Of a stretch of DNA of 19,995 nucleotides, positions 14,156 through 19,995 are shown piece after piece. The stretch is from an uncultured archaeon. GTDB taxonomy: Archaea > Altiarchaeota > Altiarchaeia > JAFGQM01. The position numbers and the translations under genes were made by a program. Position 1 is the stretch's first letter. Every line of letters begins with the position of its first letter. The notes beneath the pieces are model-generated. The model saw only the letters and a list, made by a program, of their open reading frames with translations, did not search any database and had not been told where the DNA came from. The DNA is taken from NCBI GenBank assembly GCA_964592405.1, contig CAZQBY010000011.1, positions 1 through 19,995 on the forward strand, given 5' to 3'.

Positions 14156-14940
14156 GAGGCCCTTTTCTTCTCCCTGCTGAACGCAAATTCCATGCCGTTG
14201 GAACTGGCATATTGCTCAACAGCCTCACAGCAGTGCTTCATGGCCTTCTCGGCAAGCTTGTAGTCATCAGCTGTTATGTCTATGTGGTAAGTAGGTGGAG
14301 TGATGTAGCTTATTCGGCCCTTGATGCCCTCCGGAAGTGCAGTTTCGGCCCTGAGAAGGGCTTCTTTTATCAGCCGGACTCCCTCTCCGCTCTCGGATGA
14401 GAGTGTGATTACCCCCTTTATGCTGACCAGTGTCGGCCTGATACTCTCCCTGATGATCTTCACAAGATCCTCCCTCAGTTTGGCATCCTTTATATAGCCA
14501 TCAAGATTCTCCCTGCCGTTTGCCACTTGGGCAAAGGCTTCATACAGGGAACCATAGTCCTCTGTCAGACGAGCGGCAAAAAGGCGATATGCCTGCTCCA
14601 GATTAATCCTGTTTTTCTCTGCGAAGTGCTCCAAGAGTTTCCTCGCCCGTATCTCCTGTTTGTATTCCTTCAGCTTGGTCCTGCGCTCATGGTCGCTGAC
14701 CCTCTTGAGACTCAGATCAATATGGCCCCTATCGTGTTTTACCCCCAGAACCTTGAGCACAGCCTTCTGACCCTCCCGGAGGTAGCTCCTCGGATTCTTG
14801 ACCCACTTCCGGGAAAACTCGGCTATGCTGACTATGCCCTGCTTGTTCCCATACTCCTCCAACCTCACGAACGCGCCATAGCCAACTACCCTCTCTACAT
14901 TGGCTATAACAAGCTCACCTTTTTCGGGATATTCATCCAT
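14152..14940 (-). CDS. eif2a: Translation initiation factor aIF2 alpha subunit, 262 aa
   Basis: MDEYPEKGELVIA...YGAFVRLEEY...GHIDLSLKRV (S1 domain), YGSLYEAF, PPTYHIDITADDYK. Start moved to ATG 14940, which has an AAGGAG SD; the track's 15033 start overlaps rps27e. Confidence 0.96.
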   Translation of the reverse strand: MDEYPEKGELVIANVERVVGYGAFVRLEEYGNKQGIVSIAEFSRKWVKNPRSYLREGQKAVLKVLGVKHDRGHIDLSLKRVSDHERRTKLKEYKQEIRARKLLEHFAEKNRINLEQAYRLFAARLTEDYGSLYEAFAQVANGRENLDGYIKDAKLREDLVKIIRESIRPTLVSIKGVITLSSESGEGVRLIKEALLRAETALPEGIKGRISYITPPTYHIDITADDYKLAEKAMKHCCEAVEQYASSNGMEFAFSREKKRAS

Positions 14941-14951
14941 TGGTGTCTCCT

Positions 14952-15137
14952 TTAGAAGGATCTTATGACCTTTGCCTTCAGCTTTACCTTGCCACCTGTC
15001 GGTTCGGCCAGCTCGGCATCGCATACCAGACATCCAACCCGGGTGCTGGCATGGTCAAATATTACCTGGGTGTTGCTGCAGTTCCTGCACTCAACCTTTA
15101 GGAACCTGCTCTTCGGATGCTCTATGAGTTCGTCCAT
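14952..15137 (-). CDS. rps27e: 30S ribosomal protein S27e
   Basis: PKSRFLKVECRNCSNTQVIF...CLVC...LAEPTGGK; conserved position upstream of aIF2-alpha. Confidence 0.97.
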   Translation of the reverse strand: MDELIEHPKSRFLKVECRNCSNTQVIFDHASTRVGCLVCDAELAEPTGGKVKLKAKVIRSF

Positions 15138-15257
15138 TTTGATATGTGATTTTGTTTTGATTTTTGATATTTGTTTGTTTGAGGTTATATTGTTTGAGGT
15201 TAGTGTTATATTAATTGTAATTACTCAGCAATTACTCAGCAGGGTATACCCCGCAGG

Positions 15258-15953
15258 CTAGTAGACTGCAGGGATTTCTATGTTAAGTGCATGATCCACC
15301 AGATCCAGAAACTGCCGGACCTGTATCCTGCTGTCCTGTGGTTTGAATTCGGAGAAGTTGTTTGTGCATTTTGGACAGGCAGCCGTTATAACGCACTTCC
15401 TAGGTGCCTGTGCCAGTCGCATCTCAGCTCCCCTCTGCCTCAGAACACGTATTGGTGAGTAGTCGCCACAGCAGTCGGTGTTTGACCTGTTGTTCTTGAA
15501 CTCCCTGATTGTATATCCAAGGATCTCAAGGACTCTGCGCGGTTCATCCATCAGATGATGAAAGCGCGCTAGATAGCATGGGTCATGATAGAAGACCTCA
15601 CCAGAGCCTATGAAATTGCCATCCACGGACCTGAGCTTCTCGTATATGACCTGGCTTATGTGCTTTGCCTTTATGTTGTAAAATTCGCGAAAGATGTGAT
15701 AACAGCGCGCGCAGCCCACTATAACAAGGTTATAGTCCTTCAAAAACGTATTGTTCTCCTCAACCAATGCCTCTATGCGGCCTTCATCCACACCAAAAAA
15801 TTCACAGCCACAGCTGAATTCCCTGACGTCCACATCCACGCCGAGCTTGTTGAGCACCTTCACACCGAGGTATCCCTCATCGCTTCCGCAGTCATGACAT
15901 CCCATATGGAGGATTGCCCTGCCCCTGAGCATGGAAACAAGTGAAGAGAGCAT
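15258..15953 (-). CDS. Cysteine-rich CCG-domain Fe-S protein (HdrB/HdrD/GlpC/LutA-like)
   Basis: HMGCH...FSCG...VGCARC and YHDPCYLAR...DCCG...AACPKC. Start at ATG 15953 or 15932; the track's 16025 start overlaps rps8e. Confidence 0.85.
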   Translation of the reverse strand: MLSSLVSMLRGRAILHMGCHDCGSDEGYLGVKVLNKLGVDVDVREFSCGCEFFGVDEGRIEALVEENNTFLKDYNLVIVGCARCYHIFREFYNIKAKHISQVIYEKLRSVDGNFIGSGEVFYHDPCYLARFHHLMDEPRRVLEILGYTIREFKNNRSNTDCCGDYSPIRVLRQRGAEMRLAQAPRKCVITAACPKCTNNFSEFKPQDSRIQVRQFLDLVDHALNIEIPAVY

Positions 15954-16005
15954 CGTTATCAGCCGGGTAATTGAAAAAACGGTCAGTAAAACACAATTAA
16001 CACAA

Positions 16006-16362
16006 TTACTCCAGCAGGACGGCATTTACCACACCATCCTGACTTGGCCGGGATGTAATTCTGGCCCTGCCAAGCTCTGTCTCTATCTCGCCGCCCAGTG
16101 CAAGGACACTCTCTCTTTTGAAATCCTTGTCCGCGGCGTTGTCTCCAACAGACCTGATGGCGACCTTCTGTGTTTTTCCCCTGACCGAGACATTGGCAAA
16201 TCTGGCTTTCACAGCCACGGTCTTTGTCCTCCCGCCGGTCACACGCAGATTTTTTCTCTCCTCCCTATCCGAAAGCCTGGTTTTTATCGGATCTGACCCA
16301 AGCTCGTTCTTTTTCTTCTTCCTCTTTTGGAGTTTGACCTTCCTTCCCTGATATTTTGCCAT
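16006..16362 (-). CDS. rps8e: 30S ribosomal protein S8e, 118 aa
   Basis: KKKNELGSDP...RVTGG...ANV...IETELGRARITSRPSQDGVVNAVLL. ATG 16362 is preceded by SD GGTGA. Confidence 0.96.
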   Translation of the reverse strand: MAKYQGRKVKLQKRKKKKNELGSDPIKTRLSDREERKNLRVTGGRTKTVAVKARFANVSVRGKTQKVAIRSVGDNAADKDFKRESVLALGGEIETELGRARITSRPSQDGVVNAVLLE

Positions 16363-16458
16363 GTTAGAAATCACCGGCAGCCCGGCTTTGTAAAAGTGAT
16401 TTTTGAGTTTGGATATTCTGCATGGGGCAATAATATCCGGCAGAATCTCCCCATCTTA
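16363..16458 (-). promoter_or_regulatory. Structured 5' leader of rps8e (pseudoknot plus SD-sequestering hairpin)
   Basis: Complementary pairs on the mRNA: AUGGGG/CCCCAU, AUUCUGC/GCAGAAU, GGAUAUU/AAUAUCC, and AAAUCAC/GUGAUUU covering the SD. Confidence 0.5.
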
Positions 16459-16480
16459 GAGCGTTTATTTTGAAATTTTA

Positions 16481-16496
16481 GATATAAATACCTTCC
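16481..16496 (-). promoter_or_regulatory. BRE/TATA promoter of rps8e
   Basis: Minus strand GGAAGG-TATTTATATC, predicting a TSS near 16455-16460. Confidence 0.65.
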
Positions 16497-16520
16497 CCCC
16501 ACCGCCCAGCTCCTGCTGCG

Positions 16521-16550
16521 GGGTATGACAGGTCTGTGGTCTACATACCC
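16521..16550. other. Inverted repeat downstream of the DHH gene
   Basis: gggtatg (16521-16527) and cataccc (16544-16550) form a 7-bp stem. Confidence 0.35.
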
Positions 16551-16561
16551 AAAGACGGGAG

Positions 16562-17575
16562 TTATTTCTCAGATGGCCTCCTGTTTTTGTCCAGTTCCCT
16601 ATCCCCCAGTAACCTCTGAAGCAGGTCCAGGCACAGCTTCAGCAATTCCTGCTCAGTTCCCCTGAACCTGCCATTGACACTTATGGCAGCCGCATGCCCA
16701 CCACCCGAACCCTGTACAGCCCTGTTAAGTTCATGCACATACTCCCTGGCCAGGTTCAGCTTGGTCTTCTTTATGAAGGTATTGCTGGCACGCACGCTGA
16801 CGCGCGCCTCGCCTTTTTCAACAGAACAGACAAATGCTATATCCGCACCTATCTTTACCAAAGCGCGTGCCGCAGATGCCTCAAATGAGCTGACATGGGA
16901 GAGCGCCACTATCCACTCGCCTATCCTCTCCAGCTGAAGACGTGAAGCCGACTTCAGATGGGCTATCTTGCGTGATGGTTCGGTTGGTATGTTGATGAAT
17001 CTCAACACATCCGGATAGTCCATTCCGGACATGTCAAGCAGTTCAGCAACTATACGGAACGTCTCAGAGCGCGCAAACTGTAGATGGGCAGTGTCTGTGA
17101 CAATACCTGTTATAAGGGCTAAGCAGACGTTCTGGGTAAATTCAAAACCTTCTTCCTTCAGCAGGGCATAAACGATTTCGGAGGCAGATGTTACATTCTC
17201 GTCAAAGATGCCCTTGTGGGCCTTCTTCTTGAGCTCCTCTTCGGGTATGTGATGATCTATTATAAATATTCTGCCGGGAAAGCTCCTGATGTCTATTGGA
17301 GCAAGCTGGGAAAACGCACAGGAATCAACGACCACAATGGTGTCAACCCCGTCCAGAGAAGGATTTATCTCTATCTTGTAGTCAAGCTTTTTTATCAGAT
17401 TGCGTGCAAGGGCGTTAACCCCCCCGGCACCTGCCATAACTGGTTCCAACCCCTTCGAGCGGAGGTATTCATATATAGCTATGCTTGAGCCCACCGCATC
17501 CGGATCCGCATTAAGATGTGACAAAATCAGGATTTTTCCATCAGCTTTTGCCACATCCTGAAGCAGGGTCATCAA
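16562..17575 (-). CDS. DHH/DHHA1 family phosphoesterase (NrnA-like nano-RNase/exonuclease)
   Basis: SHLNADPDAVGS, VVVD, IIDHH, TSASEIV, GIVTDT and GGGHAAA motifs. Overlaps the prefoldin beta stop, a common archaeal synteny. Confidence 0.93.
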   Translation of the reverse strand: MMTLLQDVAKADGKILILSHLNADPDAVGSSIAIYEYLRSKGLEPVMAGAGGVNALARNLIKKLDYKIEINPSLDGVDTIVVVDSCAFSQLAPIDIRSFPGRIFIIDHHIPEEELKKKAHKGIFDENVTSASEIVYALLKEEGFEFTQNVCLALITGIVTDTAHLQFARSETFRIVAELLDMSGMDYPDVLRFINIPTEPSRKIAHLKSASRLQLERIGEWIVALSHVSSFEASAARALVKIGADIAFVCSVEKGEARVSVRASNTFIKKTKLNLAREYVHELNRAVQGSGGGHAAAISVNGRFRGTEQELLKLCLDLLQRLLGDRELDKNRRPSEK

Positions 17576-17919
17576 GCACCCTGAAGGCCCTTCAATCCGG
17601 TCTGCAGCTCCTTCTGCAGCTCTTGGGCCTTCAGAGCTATCTTCTGCTCCTGCTTCTCTAAGAGTGAGAGTCGATTGCCTGAGCTCTCTATGACATCCTG
17701 CAGTTCCTTCTTTAGCGTGGCCTTGTCGGTCTTGACAAGTATGGGTCCGATGTGCTTGTAAACATCGCCCTTTGCCTTCGTCAATTCCTTCTGTGCAGCC
17801 TCCGCCTCGCCCTTATTCAATGCCAGCTGTTGCTTTTGCACAGCTATCAACTGCAGCTGTTGCTGCATTGTCTGAAACTGGGCTACCTTGTTCTTCAGGT
17901 CATCAGAAATTTTTTGCAT
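17572..17919 (-). CDS. pfdB: Prefoldin beta subunit
   Basis: Coiled coils flanking the VYKHIGPILVK beta-hairpin; 115 aa. Confidence 0.95.
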   Translation of the reverse strand: MQKISDDLKNKVAQFQTMQQQLQLIAVQKQQLALNKGEAEAAQKELTKAKGDVYKHIGPILVKTDKATLKKELQDVIESSGNRLSLLEKQEQKIALKAQELQKELQTGLKGLQGA

Positions 17920-17960
17920 CGGAAATCAGTATTTATTTTTCTGCTATATTTTTGGTCTTG

Positions 17961-17977
17961 GACTTTAAAAGCGGTTG
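17961..17977 (-). promoter_or_regulatory. Putative TATA box of pfdB-DHH
   Basis: Minus strand AACCGCTTTTAAAGTC about 45 nt upstream of the ATG. Confidence 0.45.
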
Positions 17978-18075
17978 TGGTTTTTTTAGGGTTTATCAGC
18001 CTAGGTGAGACAGAGTTGGCCTAGCCGCTCAGGAAGAGCTTTATTTTTATTCAGCCCGCCGTTTATTAACACAAC

Positions 18076-18261
18076 ATGTACGTGCTCATAGTATCTATAG
18101 TATGCGCCCTGATGCTCGGCGGCGTGTATCTGGCAGTCTACGAGAACTGGATGGAGGGAGTTGTGGTGACCTTCCTCCTGTTTGTGGTGATAGATACCAG
18201 CCTGAGGTCTGTTATGAACAGACCTTCGTGGGTAATTCGGTTTATAAAGCGCAGAAAATAG
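18076..18261 (+). CDS. Small two-TM membrane protein, 61 aa
   Basis: Two hydrophobic segments and a basic C-terminus (FIKRRK). It fills the gap between pfdB and gapN without overlap, with an AT-rich TTTATTTTTATT upstream. Confidence 0.6.
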   Translation: MYVLIVSIVCALMLGGVYLAVYENWMEGVVVTFLLFVVIDTSLRSVMNRPSWVIRFIKRRK

Positions 18262-18297
18262 ATGTATGTGCTGGCCACACCCCTTAATCTCCGCCAC

Positions 18298-19761
18298 TTA
18301 TTTCTTCGGGTTGAAGATAATCGTGTGCACCTTTGTCATCTCATCAACCGAAAACTTGATGCCCTCCCGGTCCATGCCTGAATCCTTGTCGCCGCCGAAC
18401 GGAAAATTGCCCAGTCCGTGTGCCGGGGCTGCATTGATATTGACAGTCCCGTCCTCCAGCCGTATGCCTGCATCCAGTGCCTTGTTCACATCCTGTGTGA
18501 AGACGCAGGCATCCAAGCCGTATTCCGACTGGTTGGCGATGCTTATGGCCTCCTCATAATCCCTGACCCTTATGACCGCAGCCACCGGACCAAATGTTTC
18601 CTCCCAGGCAATACGCATCTTTGGGGTCACATAGTCCAGAACAGTGGGTTCATAATAGCATCCTCCTGCCTTCTTCCCACCCAGCAGGACCTTTGCTCCC
18701 TTCCTCTTGGCATCCTTCACGAGGGAGTTCACCCGCTCAACTGCATGCTTGTTTATCAGCGGGCCTATCTGGACTGATTCATCCCGTGGATTGCCCATTT
18801 TCCACTTCCTAGCCTCAGCCGTCAGCTTTTTCACAAAGCGGTTTGCCACACCCTTCTCCACAAGTATGCGGCTTACAGCATCACATCTCTGGCCTGAAAA
18901 CTTGAACGCTCCGGTTATACACTGCCGGGCTGCCAGATCCAGATCTGCATCGGCAAGGACCAGTGCAGGAGCCTTGCCGCCCAGTTCCAGATGGAGCTTT
19001 TGGAAGGTTGCTATCCTTGCTATCCGCTCACCCACAGCCGAACTGCCGGTGAAGGATATCATATTGACCCGCTTGTCACCAGCCAGAAAATCGCCTATCT
19101 CGCCCCCACTGCCGGTTATGACATTAAACACACCATCCGGTATGCCTGCCTCCTGTATGAGGCGCGCAAGATAAATAACAGCCAGCGGGTCATCACTGGC
19201 AGGCTTGCATACAACGCTGTTGCCCGCAGCCAGTGCAGGTGCTATCTTTGCCGAGGCAATGAAAAGCGGATAGTTGAACGGACTTATGGCCAGGACCACA
19301 CCCAGTGGCTGGCGTATGACCATACCTATCTTCTCCTTGTGCCACGGAACAGTATCCCCTAGCAGGGATTCGCCCCTTATCTGCTTGGCCTCCTCGGCCG
19401 CATACTTGAATCTCTCTGCAGTGGCTTCAACCTCACCGCTGGCCACCTTCTTGGGCTTTCCCGCATCCTCTATAATCAGATCAACGAAGAGATCAAAATA
19501 GTCATATATAAGCTCGCCTACCCTGCTGAGAATCTTGGCCCTGTCAACGGCCGGCATCCCACCGATTTTTTTGCGAGATTCATGAGCAGTCCTGAGGGCC
19601 CTGTTCGCATCCTTTAGGGTTGCACGCTGCACCTCAGCGATGACTGCGCCATCTATGGGGCTGTAAACTTCCTGAACACCCTTATTGGAAGACCTAACCC
19701 ACCTTCCGCCTATGAACATCCTGTAAGTGCCGTCCCGACAGATATTATCAAACAGATCCAT
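18298..19761 (-). CDS. gapN: Aldehyde dehydrogenase, most likely non-phosphorylating NADP-dependent glyceraldehyde-3-phosphate dehydrogenase
   Basis: ISPFNYP, FTGS, LELGGK, SGQRCDA (catalytic Cys), EETFGPV and PAHGLGNFPFGG resemble archaeal GAPN. The ALDH family is certain; the substrate is inferred. Confidence 0.8.
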   Translation of the reverse strand: MDLFDNICRDGTYRMFIGGRWVRSSNKGVQEVYSPIDGAVIAEVQRATLKDANRALRTAHESRKKIGGMPAVDRAKILSRVGELIYDYFDLFVDLIIEDAGKPKKVASGEVEATAERFKYAAEEAKQIRGESLLGDTVPWHKEKIGMVIRQPLGVVLAISPFNYPLFIASAKIAPALAAGNSVVCKPASDDPLAVIYLARLIQEAGIPDGVFNVITGSGGEIGDFLAGDKRVNMISFTGSSAVGERIARIATFQKLHLELGGKAPALVLADADLDLAARQCITGAFKFSGQRCDAVSRILVEKGVANRFVKKLTAEARKWKMGNPRDESVQIGPLINKHAVERVNSLVKDAKRKGAKVLLGGKKAGGCYYEPTVLDYVTPKMRIAWEETFGPVAAVIRVRDYEEAISIANQSEYGLDACVFTQDVNKALDAGIRLEDGTVNINAAPAHGLGNFPFGGDKDSGMDREGIKFSVDEMTKVHTIIFNPKK

Positions 19762-19763
19762 TT

Positions 19764-19995
19764 TCAGCTACCCTCCTTGGCTTTGTTTTCCACGGCTTCA
19801 TTCAGCTCCCTCACCAGTTCATCAACATCTATGCCGTGGGAGAGAGCCCCCTGTTCAATTGTTTCAAAGGCTGCAACATGGCAGCCAATACAGTGTAGCC
19901 CAAAACGCACGAAGACCTCGAAGGTCTCCGGATAGCGACTGGCCACGTCTCCTATGGCCATGTGCTTGGTTATCTTTCGGGGTTTGGTTATCTTC
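19764..19995 (-). CDS. DUF1858 domain protein (hybrid-cluster-associated redox disulfide domain), 5' end outside the window
   Basis: KITKHMAIGDVASRYPETFEVFVRFGLHCIGCHVAAFETIEQGALSHGID. The frame stays open upstream of 19961 to the window edge. Confidence 0.9.
   Translation of the reverse strand, partial: KITKPRKITKHMAIGDVASRYPETFEVFVRFGLHCIGCHVAAFETIEQGALSHGIDVDELVRELNEAVENKAKEGS

Noticed and set aside
13983-14228. 81-aa minus-strand ORF
   Set aside because: Wrong frame; the real gene here is nop10 (13991-14155).
16411-16475. Fluoride riboswitch or HDV-like ribozyme
   Set aside because: ATAAACGCTC appears, but the GGCGAUGG start and UGAUGAC elements do not; there is no room for HDV P3/L3/P4.
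16375-16561. SRP (7S) RNA, often near rps8e in archaea
   Set aside because: The gap is under 190 nt, contains a promoter, and lacks the helix-8 CAGG-CC-GGAA-GG-AGCAG motif.
17985-18060. tRNA or SRP-like fragment (gctc-aggaa-gagc hairpin)
   Set aside because: No T-loop (TTCRA), no cloverleaf, and only a 4-bp stem.
12191-19501. Plus-strand ORFs overlapping the housekeeping and surface genes, and 18001-18297 on the minus strand
   Set aside because: They are antisense to well-supported genes and have no recognisable motifs.

Overview
Archaeal genomic DNA, almost entirely coding on the minus strand. The gene set and surface-protein style suggest a DPANN-type lineage, but that is inference. The left 57% is one giant ORF missing from the ORF track because it has no stop in the window: ATG at 11383 running off position 1, at least 3,794 codons. 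It encodes a secreted, extremely N-glycosylation-sequon-rich mosaic protein: signal peptide, MG2-like Ig domains, a module ending in IIDP, eight Cys/Trp Ig-like repeats, a DUF2341 + ConA-like lectin insert, an (alpha/alpha)6 glycosidase-like barrel with a CBM-like domain, and a right-handed beta-helix with recently duplicated, variable rungs. Two co-oriented genes precede it: a 322-aa Cys-rich secreted pilin/WxL-like subunit and a 420-aa membrane-anchored Ig protein resembling DUF916/DUF3324 (WxL-interacting) proteins. Together they form a candidate three-gene cell-surface assembly system. The right part is housekeeping: nop10, aIF2-alpha, rps27e (without the usual upstream rpl44e), a CCG Fe-S protein, rps8e, a DHH phosphoesterase, prefoldin beta, a small membrane protein, GAPN and a DUF1858 protein. 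Two non-coding elements stand out: a pseudoknot plus SD-sequestering leader before rps8e, and a 10-nt-phased TAG repeat array in the leader of the giant gene. Domain calls come from manual translation and motif recognition, not database searches.
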